A DNA stretch of 64,000 nucleotides. It comes from Ostrea edulis (Eukaryota). The notes under the pieces are model-generated. The model was not told the DNA's origin, did not search any database, and worked only from the letters and a program-made list of their open reading frames with translations. The translations under genes and the position numbers were made by a program. Shown in pieces: positions 1 through 14,200 of the stretch. Each line of letters opens with the position of its first letter. Position 1 is the stretch's first letter. Location: positions 64,790,001 through 64,854,000 of the forward strand of contig NC_079172.1 of NCBI RefSeq assembly GCF_947568905.1, written 5' to 3'.

Positions 1-201
1 TGAATCTGTCAACATAAAACAATTGACTAAACATGGATGCAGGACTTAATAACGAGAATGAATTATTCAGAGTAATCGTTCTTCAGACTTTTATTGGACA
101 TCATTTCCTTATTGATTTTTGACATGTTTATGAGTTTACCTTCAGTATGTGGGACCCCTCTATCAACTGGACCAAAGTTTATACTTTGTATATATTGCTG
201 A

Positions 202-266
202 GTCCCGTACTGGGTTAGAATAGGTCCTTAGTACCCCTTGCTTGTTGTCTTTGGATGAGACCGCAT

Positions 267-299
<33 letters not shown>

Positions 300-324
300 C
301 AATAAAGATCCCTCCCTGCTTAAA
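202..324 (+). mobile_element. SINE fragment, same family as 63520-63780
   Basis: ggttagaataggtcct.agtaccccttgcttg...gtcacagcag.tgtggcacaataaagatccc is shared with the reverse complement of 63520-63780. Confidence 0.75.
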
Positions 325-1204
325 TTTATTTTAGCGTAAATGAAGGTTGTCTGTTTGTCTATCTGCAGCATAAACCATTGTCATAACCTTTGAACAATAC
401 AAGATAGCAGCATTAAAAAGTCAAGGTTAAAGCTTTGTGACTGGTCAAGGTCAACACGGTCAAGGTTATGTATCAAGGTCAGCATCAGATTTACCACAAT
501 TGAACTTGCTGAGAGGCATGGTGTTTCACAAACACTTTTTGTTCAACACATGAAATATGACACAGCTGTTAACTTCCCAGAGCAGTTATGTAACTTTGCT
601 ATTTCAATAGAATTTGTATGTCCTTTAGAGATCATTATAATGTAGGAAATGTCCTCCTGTAATTGTACTGAGCTCCACAGATGTGTAAAAATGAATAGCT
701 TTAATGGAAATTTTATAGTCCTAGTCAATTGAAGTGATGTAATAGATATTGACGTCCATCAGCTATTCGTGCCAGTTTAATTGTCTAGAGCAATGAAGCA
801 TTTAGCTCATAGCTTTATCATTTCAGTGTCTGAGAAAAGAAAGGGAAGCATTTATTTTTGTTTGATGTATTAGATTATTATGAAAGCTGATTGGTGAAAA
901 AAAAATTCATTGGGGACCATCATGTAAATATTCAGTGACCACCTGGTATTTATGTGGTGGCCACCAGATAATCATATGGTGGCTGTCAGAATAATTTTAT
1001 TTGGCAGCTTCCTTAAAATTTATTTGGTGATCTCCTCCAGAAATTTATGCGGCAACCACCATATCATTATATGGTGGCCATCAGAAACTTATTTGGTGGC
1101 TATGGGATAAAATATTTTTCTTATCTGGCACCAAACAGCTTCCTTAGCTTAGTTATGGCATAGTGGTATATTGTGTTTTATTAGGATGCAGTTTCCATTC
1201 GAGT

Positions 1205-2006
1205 TAATGGCTAGTTTTGTCTGTTTACAGAATACAGAGTTAACAGCTAGTCTTGTCTGTGTACAGGTTACAGTCTTATCTGTTTACAGGTTACAGTCTT
1301 GTCTGTGTACAGGTTACAGTCTTGTGTGTTTACAGGTTACCGTCTTGTCTGTTTACACTAGTATTGTCTGTTTACAGGTTACGGTCTTGTGTGTTTACAG
1401 GTTACAGTCTTGTGTGTTTACAGGTTACAGTCTTGTCTGTTCACAGGTTACAGTCTTGTCTATTTACAGGTTACAGTCTTGTCTATTTACAGGTTACAGT
1501 CTTGTCTATTTACAGGTTACAGTCTTGTGTGAATACATGCTACAGTCTTGTCTGTATACAGGTTACAGTCTTGTCTGTTTATAGGTTACAGTCTTGTCTG
1601 TTTACAGGTTACAGTCTTGTCTGTTCACAAGTTACAGTCTTGTCTGTTTACAGGTTACAGTCTTGTCTGTGTACAGGTTACAGTCTTGTCTGTTTACAGG
1701 TTACATTCTTGTCTGTGTACAGGTTACAGTCTTGTCTGTTTACAGGTTACAGTCTTGTGTGTTTACAGGTTAAGTCTTGTGTGTTTACAGGTTACATTCT
1801 TGTCTGTTTACAGGTTACAGTCTTGTCTATTTACACTAGTCTTGTGTGTTCACAGGTTACAGAGTTAATGACTAGTCTTGTGTGTTTACAGGTTACAGAG
1901 TTAATGACTAGTCTTGTGTGTTTACAGGTTACAGAGTTAATGACTAGTCTTGTGTGTTTACAGGTTACAGAGTTAATGACTAGTCTCGTGTGTTTACAGG
2001 TTACAG
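1205..2006 (+). repeat. 23/36-bp minisatellite built from the exon A splice acceptor
   Basis: Unit gtcttgtctgtttacag|gttaca, roughly 30 copies, last copy is the real junction. Confidence 0.9.
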
Positions 2007-2203
2007 AATACAGAAGGGATTATTTCTGATGGACATGGGAATTACTCAGAAGACAACAAGTGCACCTGGTTGGTGGATACCAGTAACCATAGTAACAGCT
2101 CCTTGTGGTTCCAGTTTCATCAGTTTTCCACCGAGTGTGGCTGGGATCATCTGTACATCTACGACGGAGACTCTGCCTTCGCTCCTTTATTGGCAGCTTT
2201 CAG
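2000..2203 (+). CDS. ATRN: ATRN exon A, CUB N-half
   Basis: tttacag|G TTA...TTC AG|gtgatt; LQNTEGIISDGHGNYSEDNKCTWLVD...TECGWDHLYIYDGDSAFAPLLAAF. Confidence 0.9.
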
Positions 2204-5200
2204 GTGATTAGTCTGACCCTGTTGTTTACTGATTTCATGGAAATTCTGATCATCAGTATCAGTAATCAAACATTTGATCATGTGCAAGAAAATATCCACA
2301 TGACGTGCTACATGATAATAGTTCATAGAACCAGACTGACCAAACCATATTTCACATTGGAATAGAGCTTTTTGTTAGGTTAGGTTCATATCAATCAATC
2401 TTGATGTAAAATATCCTATAGCGATAGCTGAATGAATAGAGAATTAACAACAACGAAAAAAAAAAGAATGCTAAAAGTTTATATCTCTAGTGTAATGAAA
2501 ATCGCACAAAAAGAAAAACATCTCTATTTAATTGCTACATCTCTATTTAATTGCTACATTGTAAATTTTTCTTGTAATAATCCTCTTATAGCATTGATGA
2601 ATTTTATAAAGGGTAAATTAGAACAACATTGTTTATTATACCTCAGCATGAAAATTCTATGCAACATGTAATCTGATTGGTCTAGACAGTCACGTGCAAG
2701 GGAGGACAAAACTTCATACCTCCCTCAAACATTACACCTTTCCATCATATTACACCCCTTCAGCAGCCTCGTGCATTTTCTATAAACATAGTTTATTGTG
2801 ACGTCACAATAAGTCCAAGTCTTCACTTCCATAGTTCGTAAGGCACAAGAGGAATATTTGTTTACACACGGTTTTCTGATACACAGTTATACCACCTGAT
2901 TTTTGTTGATACAAAAACTATGCAAGTAATCAGCATTTAAGGAAGGAAATACAAGAAATGGTTATCATATCACTGTATTTTGTTTTTTGTACCTTCCCAT
3001 GTGGTGTTACCATTAGGGCGATCTCAGCTACATACAATGTATAGATGAGCGGACTCCAATTTTTCAAATGCATTTTTGTAGCCTTGCTTTGTTTCGGTAT
3101 GATAAACAATTTATTGCATGAATGTTCGGGAGATATGAAGATTTATTTATCCAAGAAAGATCATATTCCCCTTGGGCGTTTCCCTCGAGGAATATGATGT
3201 TTCTTGGGTGAATAGATCTTCATATCATCCTCACTATCATGCAAAAGATGTGTAATGGTACAGAATCTTAATCTGAAACAAAGTGAATGAATATTTCAGA
3301 ACTCGCATAAAGTAATATATATTCAAGTTTGCTGCCAGCATTGAGATCTAACCAGAAGTCTAGAAATGATCAAGCTAATTACATATGTATAATCATTGGA
3401 TGTCAAACTTCCAGTTACATATATATAGACATAGTAATTATCTATATAGACATAGTAATTATCTATATAGACGTAGTAATTATCTATATAGACATAGTAA
3501 TAATATATAGACATAGTAATAATATATAGACATAGTAATTATCTATATAGACGTAGTAATTATCTATATAGACGTAGTAATTATCTATATAGACATAGTA
3601 AATATCTATATAGACGTAGTAATTATCTATATAGACGTAGTAATTATCTATATAGACATAGTAATTATCTATATAGACATAGTAATAGTAATTATCTATA
3701 TAGACGTAGTAATTATATATATAGACATAGTAATTATATATAGACATAGTAATTATCTATATAGACATAGTAATTATCTATATAGACGTAGTAATTATCT
3801 ATATAGACATAGTAATTATCTATATAGACATAGTAATAGTAATTATCTATATAGACATAGTAATTATCTATATAGACATAGTAATAGTAATTATCTATAT
3901 AGACGTAGTAATTATATATATAGACATAGTAATTATATATATAGACATAGTAATTATCTATATAGACATAGTAATTATCTATATAGACGTAGTAATTATC
4001 TATATAGACATAGTAATTATCTATATAGACATAGTAATAGTAATTATCTATATAGACATAGTAATTATCTATATAGACATAGTAATAGTAATTATCTATA
4101 TAGACGTAGTAATTATATATATAGACATAGTAATTATATATATAGACATAGTAATTATCTATATAGACGTAGTAATTATCTATATAGACGTAGTAATTAT
4201 CTATATAGACATAGTAATTATATATATAGACATAGTAATTATCTATATAGACGTAGTAATAATATATAGACGTAGTAATTATATATATAGACATAGTAAT
4301 TATCTATATAGACGTAGTAATTATCTATATAGACATAGTAATTATCTATATAGACATAGTAATTATCTATATAGACATAGTAAATATCTATATAGACATA
4401 GTAATTATATATATAGACATAGTAATTATCTATATAGACATAGTAATTATCTATATAGACATAGTAATTATCTATATAGACATAGTAATAATATATAGAC
4501 ATAGTAATTATCTATATAGACGTAGTAATTATCTATATAGACATAGTAATTATCTATATAGACATAGTAATTATCTATATAGACATAGTAATTATCTATA
4601 TAGACATAGTAATTATCTATAAGACATAGTAATTATCTATATAGACGTAGTAATTATCTATATAGACGTAGTAATTATCTATATAGACATAGTAAATATC
4701 TATACAGACATAGTAATTATATATATAGACATAGTAGAATTTTCCTGTTATAGTAAGTAAGATACTATAGACATAGTAGAATTTTCCTGTTATAGTAAGT
4801 AAGATGGCACAGTTAATCTTCATCATGTGTGTGCAAGCTACACTAACCCTAAAGCAATATTGAGGGGACTGTTTCCATGTGTCACATTAATGTGTCCTTA
4901 TCAACTTATCCAGGAATTGAAACAGGGAATATGTTGTGAGCTGTTACTATTTGTACTGAGTTTATCAACTTATCAAGGAATTGAAACCAGAAATACGCCG
5001 TGAGCAATTACTATTTTTAGAGGTAGAAAAACTAGAAAGTTTATTTTCTTCTGATACACAAAACAATTTCTTCAATCAGATTTGCTTCATCATCATTTGT
5101 ATTGTGTTATGAAAACAAAGACCTTGACTTCTCATCTGTCATCTTGTCTAGGTCGTGATCGATATTGCATTTCGTTAGGTGTACTCATTTCCAATAAACA

Positions 5201-8200
5201 TGAGGCCATGCATTGTGCAGGGGATCACAAGAGTAGAGATGAGGAAGAAATTTGAGAAAATCTACATAAAAGTTCATAACATCAGAACAAAGAGTTGTGT
5301 CTGCATGATTGAAAAGGCCGGTCAATAGGATCATGTGTGTTGTTAACTTGTTACTCAACGTGGAAAAATTGTTGGATGAATGTACAGATTTGAATTTCCT
5401 CTATCCTAATCTTTAGAGCACTTGATAAGGGAGATGTAGAAATTATAACTGTTTAAAACAATGGAATATTGATTATGTTTGAGAATTCAGTGCATCCAAA
5501 GCATGGAGTACAGAAAATACCAACCATGAGCCATCACTCATCCCCCCCTCCTCCAAAATTAAATCCTTCTGAAATGTGCCATCCTACTTTGTCAAGAATT
5601 TATCGGTACCTTCTCTGTAGCTGATATTCAGTCCTATTTCCGATCAAACATAGCCCCAATTATTCCAATTTGTGGATAAAAATTCATGATAAAAATGTTA
5701 AGATTAAGATGTATATGACTTTGCCAAAATTTCATCAGTCATGAAAGTTTAAGCCTTCTTGAATGAACTGATTTAGGTGGTGTAAATCGGTAAATCATGT
5801 CATACACAAACTGTTCAGAATTCTGTACTTAATGACAGACGTAAGGGAGATCTTCAGATCACATCCGAGAACACTGCTATGAATGGAAGAGAAGGTTACG
5901 TACAATAAGTGTTGTCAAAAAGGAATTAGAAAATGTGTCATATCTGATTCCAAATAAATGACATGAAATTGATGGTGCATATTGTCATGAATTTTTTTTT
6001 TTTTTTATTGTAGTGGTTTGATACACAAAGATTACACCTCAACCAATGATCTCCAGGAGATTCGCACCAGCTCAGGGAAAGCCTACCTATATTTCTACAG
6101 CGATGCAGCTTACAACATGTCAGGATTTAATATTACCTACAGGTTAGTTATTGTACATGTCAGGATCTAATATTACACACAGGGTATTACTGTACAACAT
6201 GTCAGGATCTAATATTACACACAGGGTATTACTGTACAACATGTCAGGATCTAATATTACACACAGGGTATTACTGTACAACATGGCAGGATTTAATATT
6301 ACATACAGATTATTACTGTACAACATGTCAGGATTTAATATTACACACAGGGTATTACTGTACAACATGTCAGGATTTAATATTACACACAGGGTATTAC
6401 TGTACAACATGTCAGGATTTAATATTACACACAGGGTATTACTGTACAACATGTCAGGATCTAATATTACACACAGGGTATTACTGTACAACATGTCAGG
6501 ATTTAATATTACACACAGGGTATTACTGTACAACATGTCAGAATCTAATATTACACACAGGGTATTACTGTACAACATGTCAGAATCTAATATTACACAC
6601 AGGGTATAACTGTACAACATGTCAGAATGTAATATTACACACAGGGTATTACTGTACAACATGTCAGAATCTAATATTACACACAGGGTATTACTGTACA
6701 ACATGTCGGAATCTAATATTACATACAGGTTAGTTACTGTACAGGTCAGGATTTAATATTACATACAGATTATTACTGTACAACATGGCAGGATTTAATA
6801 TTACATACAGATTATTACTGTACATGTCAGGATTTAATATTACATACAGATTATTACTGTACATGTCAGGATCTAATATTACATACAGATTATTACTGTA
6901 CAACATGTCAGGATCTAATATTACACACAGGGTATTACTGTACAACATGTCAGGATCTAATATTACACACAGGGTATTACTGTACAACATGGCAGGATTT
7001 AATATTACATACAGATTATTACTGTACAACATGTCAGGATTTAATATTACACACAGGGTATTACTGTACAACATGTCAGGATTTAATATTACACACAGGG
7101 TATTACTGTACAACATGTCAGGATTTAATATTACACACAGGGTATTACTGTACAACATGTCAGGATCTAATATTACACACAGGGTATTACTGTACAACAT
7201 GTCAGGATTTAATATTACACACAGGGTATTACTGTACAACATGTCAGAATCTAATATTACACACAGGGTATTACTGTACAACATGTCAGAATCTAATATT
7301 ACACACAGGGTATAACTGTACAACATGTCAGAATGTAATATTACACACAGGGTATTACTGTACAACATGTCAGAATCTAATATTACACACAGGGTATTAC
7401 TGTACAACATGTCGGAATCTAATATTACATACAGGTTAGTTACTGTACAGGTCAGGATTTAATATTACATACAGATTATTACTGTACAACATGGCAGGAT
7501 TTAATATTACATACAGATTATTACTGTACATGTCAGGATTTAATATTACATACAGATTATTACTGTACATGTCAGGATCTAATATTACATACAGATTATT
7601 ACTGTACAACATGTCAGGATCTAATATTACATACAGATTATTACTGTACATGTCAGGATTTAATATTACACACAGATTATTACTGTACAACATGTCAGGA
7701 TCTAATATTACATACAGATTATTACTGTACATGTCAGGATTTAATATTACATACAGATTATTACTGTACATGTCAGGATCTAATATTACACACAGATTAT
7801 TACTGTACAACATGTCAGGATCTAATATTACACACAGGGTATTACTGTACAACATGTCAGGATCTAATATTACACACAGGGTATTACTGTACAACATGTC
7901 AGGATCTAATATTACACACAGGGTATTACTGTACAACATGTCAGGATTTAATATTACACACAGGGTATTACTGTACAACATGTCAGAATCTAATATTACA
8001 CACAGGGTATTACTGTACAACATGGCAGGATTTAATATTACATACAGATTATTACTGTACAACATGTCAGGATTTAATATTACACACAGGGTATTACTGT
8101 ACAACATGTCAGGATTTAATATTACACACAGGGTATTACTGTACAACATGTCAGGATTTAATATTACACACAGGGTATTACTGTACAACATGTCAGGATC

Positions 8201-11200
8201 TAATATTACACACAGGGTATTACTGTACAACATGTCAGGATTTAATATTACACACAGGGTATTACTGTACAACATGTCAGAATCTAATATTACACACAGG
8301 GTATTACTGTACAACATGTCAGAATCTAATATTACACACAGGGTATTACTGTACAACATGTCAGAATCTAATATTACATACAGGTTAGTTACTGTACATG
8401 TCAGGATTTAATATTACATACAGATTATTACTGTACAACATGTCAGGATTTAATATTACATACAGATTATTACTGTACATGTCAGGATTTAATATTACAT
8501 ACAGATTACTATACATGTCAGGATCTAATATTACATACAGATTATTACTGTACAACATGTCAGGATTTAATATTACATACAGATTATTACTGTACATGTC
8601 AGGATTTAATATTACATACAGATTATTACTGTACAACATGTCAGGATCTAATATTACACACAGATTATTACTGTACAACATGTCAGGATTTGATATTACA
8701 TACAGATTATTACTGTACATGTCAGGATTTAATATTACATACAGATTACTATACATGTCAGGATCTAATATTACATACAGATTATTACTGTACAACATGT
8801 CAGGATTTAATATTACATACAGATTATTACTGTACATGTCAGGATTTAATATTACATACAGATTATTACTGTACAACATGTCAGGATCTAATATTACACA
8901 CAGATTATTACTGTACAACATGTCAGGATTTGATATTACATACAGATTATTACTGTACATGTCAGGATTTAATATTACATACAGATTACTATACATGTCA
9001 GGATCTAATATTACATACAGATTATTACTGTACAACATGTCAGGATTTAATATTACATATAGATTATTACTGTACATGTCAGGATTTAATATTACATACA
9101 GATTATTACTGTACAACATGTCAGGATCTAATATTACACACAGATTATTACTGTACAACATGTCAGGATCTAATATTACATACAGATTATTACTGTACAA
9201 CATGACAGGATTTAATATTACATACAGATTATTACTGTACATGTCAGGATTTAATATTACATACAGATTATTACTGTACATATCAGGATTTAATATTACA
9301 TACAGATTATTACTGTACATGTCAGGATTTAATATTACATACAGATTATTACTATACATGTCAGGATTTAATATTACATACAGATTATTACTGTACATGT
9401 CAGGATTTAATATTACATACAGATTATTACTGTACATGTCAGGATTTAATATTACATACAGATTATTACTGCACAACATGTCAGTATTTAATATTACACA
9501 CAAATTATTACTGTACAACATGTCAGGATTTAATATTACATACAGATTATTACTGTACAACATGTCAGGATTTAATATTACCTACAGATTATTACTGTAC
9601 AACATGTCAGGATTTAATATTACATACAGATTATTACTGTACAACATGTCAGGATCTAATATTACACACAGGGTATTACTGTACAACATGTCAGGATCTA
9701 ATATTACATACAGATTATTACTGTACATGTCAGGATTTAATATTACATACAGATTATTACTGTACAACATGTCAGTATTTAATATTACCTACAGATTATT
9801 GCTGTACAACATGTCAGGATTTAATATTACATACAGATTATTACTGTACAACATGGCAGGATTTAATATTACATACAGATTATTACTGTACAACATGTCA
9901 GGATTTAATATTACATACAGATTATTACTGTACAACATGTCAGGATTTAATATTACATACAGATTATTACTGTACAACATGTCAGGATTTAATATTACAT
10001 ACAGATTATTACTGTACAACATGGCAGGATTTAATATTACACACAGATTATTACTGTACAACATGTCAGGATCTAATATTACATACAGATTATTACTGTA
10101 CATGTCAGGATTTAATATTACCTACAGATTATTATTGTACAACATGTCAAGATTTAATATTACATACAGATTATTACTGTACATGTCAGGATTTAATATT
10201 ACATACAGATTATTACTGTACTTGTCAGGATTTAATATTACATACAGATTACTATACATATCAGGATTTAATATTACATACAGATTACTATACATATCAG
10301 GATTTATACACACAGGTTATCATATATACTGTCATATAAATCTTTTCGCGTGTAAGTCACAGACCCCCTTTGCAGACAATGTTTATGCCCCTGGAATCAA
10401 AGATTTGGGGACATATAATTTAGGCACTCTCACAGTTTCAACCACCCTCCAGTAAATTAAGTATGATCAATTAATTGGATAATTAGTTAAATTATATTTA
10501 TGTCAGTTCATTGATATGAAGTTATGCTTATTGTTTTCACAGAACTGGCGGTTGCCCGAAAAACTGCTCAGGACAAGGGGATTGTTCAGGAGATGTTTGT
10601 AATTGTCACATGGGTTACCATGGAGATGACTGTAGTGAGGTCACATGTCCCAATAACTGCTCTAGCAATGGGGACTGTGTCTACAAACAGTGCCAGTGTC
10701 ATTCAGGATTCAAAGGTTCGTGTGGTGTCCTGATTCCTCTTCTAAACCAACATTTCAGAACGTTGGCTGGCTGACAGTGTACACACTAGTTGATTTTTAC
10801 AAATATATTTTTATTATTATGTAAAAAAAAAATTTCACGATTTAGCTCCCGATTATCTTGTTGAGTTGTTTGAATTTTGATTCTATGCTTCTTATCATCT
10901 GCATTCTGAATCAAATCACGATCTTAGATTACCGAAGTTTGACATGCAATTATTCAAGACCTCTTTACAATACTCAGGTGTGGACCTGTGGAACAAACTA
11001 CCCCAACACATATAGGGCTTTCTCAGCCTCAGTATTTGTGATTGTCATTGATATTTAATTATAACAAGTGATATAAATTGGGTTTGGTGGTGTGCTCTTG
11101 TGTTTGTGGTTTTGAGACTCTGATTTAAATGATAGTTTTTCTGTCATGTTAGCTCATGCAGTGGATAAAGTGCTGGGTTAATGACCCACAGATCCACCAG

Positions 11201-14200
11201 TCTTTTGTTCATATTTATTGCAATAATTTTTTATCCAAAATTGCATATTTTCTGCTTTATTTACTTATATACTTATTATATATATCATCATATCTTTCAT
11301 GATTGAATCATTTCTTGCTGATTTGAGAAACTCTATAAAGGTGTATGCCACCTTAATACCGTATAAGCAGAATTTTAACTAAGATTTAATTTTGGCATTA
11401 TTAGCGGCAGGGGCCTCTGTGGCCGAGTGGTTAGAGCATTGTGCTCAAAATCACACGGCCTCTCACCTCTGGTAAGTGTGGGTTTGAATCCCGCTCGCAC
11501 CGGTAAGTGAGAAAGTTTCCCAGTTTACTTTTGGAAGGTCGATGGTCCAGTGCTCCCACTGGACCAGAATTCCCTTTCGCCACTTTTTCAGGGAGTGGCG
11601 CGGCACAAATAATCACATGCTTTACAATTATTTCATCATATTATATATTATTTTACTCATTACACTTATTTTAGCATTTTGAATCAGTTACATTACTTAA
11701 TCATATCCAGCTACCATACCTAAACATTTCTTTCTGAAATAATAAGAAATTGATTTGTTTGATAAATTCTATTATGGAAATCAAAATTCAGATAATAAAT
11801 CATATAAACTTCATGATGCTACAGCCCTCAGTGAAAACATTGTGTACATTGACCGAAATGCAGATGTCACAAAACATCAATTCCAATTTATAGTCGTATC
11901 TCAACCATTCCCTATTAACATGATTAACAGTGATTAAATTTCCGTTTTTGTATGGAAGATTTTTGCAATTTGGATAGAATCAGATGTTTGAGAAGGTGGG
12001 GTTGACTGTAAAGCCAAACATAGATATTTTTTAATTTTAGACTGACTAGGGTCAGAAGCTACAAGTTTAGTGTCAAAATAGAATGGGTGCAGTCTTATGA
12101 GATTAGCATTTTTATACTGTTGCGCACCGAACTTCAAAGAAAATTAATTATTAAAATTGCTATGTCCATATCAATGGTGACCGACCGCATTGTTTATGAA
12201 ATATTCGAACTAAAATCAAACACATCAAAATCAAAATCTTGTAATCAACGAGTTTGGCCGCAAAAACAAACAATTGATGTATTCATATATACATTATACA
12301 TAATAATATGGCCAATTTAATTACCGGTCGGTTCTCTGCTTAAGAATTGACATTAATGTGGAAATGATAACACGATAATGAATAAGACTTTAAATGTTAA
12401 ACAATTGACCACAGCAGGGTAAACAGCTGACTGATGTACTTTATTACATAATCACCGACTTTTTTGCAGCCATAAATTACCTGAGGCTGTGACCAGCTCT
12501 GTGTTCACTGGAGCGACGCGAGATTTCCGGTCGCACGCGTTGACAAACAGATTTTGACTACATAAACAAACAGGCGATAATGTGTCACTGACAAAGGATT
12601 AAAAATACAACTTATTGCAAAAAGGGATTTTCGCCACTTTCAATTTTTTTCGCCATTTTTGAAAAAAATTCGCCATTGGCGAAAATGGCGAAGCCCAGCT
12701 CGAGCACTGCGATGGTCTCTTCCCAGGTACATTGTATCTGGGTTCTCTCTTCCACCAATAAAAACTAGGCGCCACCAGATAACTGAAAAAATTGTTGAGT
12801 GTGTCGGAAAACAGCTAAAACAAACAAACTATTAGCGGCAATGTTGAGTTCGAGATAACGGGGTTTGACTGTATTTCTAATATATCCCACTCAATAACCA
12901 GAAAATTCTTTTGACGTAAGCAGATGATATTAAATCTGATTGTGTTTCTAGGCAAGGACTGTAACTTTACTGCTGACAAGGCCTCCTGGGAACTGAACTT
13001 TCTACAGAGTGACCTCCTGGCTCGCGTGTCCGCAGGGGTAGCCATGGTGGGGGAGGATCTGTACCTTTTAGGGGGGTACTCCTTCAACAGGACACAAGAT
13101 TTCCTCATAAAGTGAGTAGTGGACATTACTGTGTAGTGGACATTACTGAATGTGAGTAGTGGACATTACTGAATGTGAGTAGTGGACATTACTGAATGTG
13201 AGTAGTGGACATTATTGTGTAGTGGACATTACTGAATGTGAGTAGTGGACATTACTGAATGTAAGTAGTGGACATTACTGTGTAGTGGACATTACTGAGT
13301 GTGAGTAGTGGACATTACTGAATATGAGTAGTGGTCAATACTGAATGTGAGTAGTGGAGATTACTGAATGTGAGTAGTGGTCAGTACTGAATGTGAGTAG
13401 TGGTCATTACTGAATGTGAGTAGTGGACATTACTGAATGTGAGTAGTGGACATTACTGAATGTGAGTAGTGGACATTACTGTGTAGTGGACATTACTGAA
13501 TGTGAGTAGTGGTCAATACTGAATGTGAATAGTGGACATTACTGAATGTGAGTAGTGGACATTACTGAATGTGAGTAGTGGACATTACTGAATGTGAATA
13601 GTGGACATTACTGAATGTGAGTAGTGGACATTACTGAGTGTGAGTAGTGGACATTACTGAATGTGAGTAGTGGACATTACTGTGTAGTGGATATTACTGA
13701 ATGTGAGTAGTGGTCATTACTGAATGTGAGTAGTGGACATTACTGAATGTGAATAGTGGACATTACTGAATGTGAATAGTGGACATTACTGAATGTGAGT
13801 AGTGGACATTACTGAATGTGAGTAGTGGACATTACTGAATGTGAGTAGTGGTCATTACTGAATGTGAGTAGTGGACATTACTGAATGTGAATAGTGGACA
13901 ATACTGAATGTGAGTAGTGGACATTTGTATAAATTACTGACTGATTAAACTACTGTAACATGTTCCAGTGCTGTGTTTAGACAAGTTTTGACGAGTATCT
14001 TTCTGTAGATATGTGTTCACAATCTTGTTTATCTAACAAACTACATCCTTGTTTCATTTTTCTGTAGATATAAGATGTCATCAGGGAATTTAGAGGCTGT
14101 AAATCCGGTTTCCTCGGAGAACCCCCCTCCGCGATACGGACACTCTGTCGTGGCCTATCAGGTATGTGCCCCTATTGACGGTTTCTGTTTGTCATTATAA

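Noticed and set aside
1-1200. Search for ATRN exon 1 (signal peptide and first EGF)
   Set aside because: No suitable ORF with a phase-2 donor was found, so it is presumed to lie upstream of the window.
1171-10455. Long repetitive ORFs (up to 685 aa) in the ORF track
   Set aside because: They arise from tandem units lacking stops. Read-through from the real exons stops within a few codons and there are no convincing acceptors inside the arrays.
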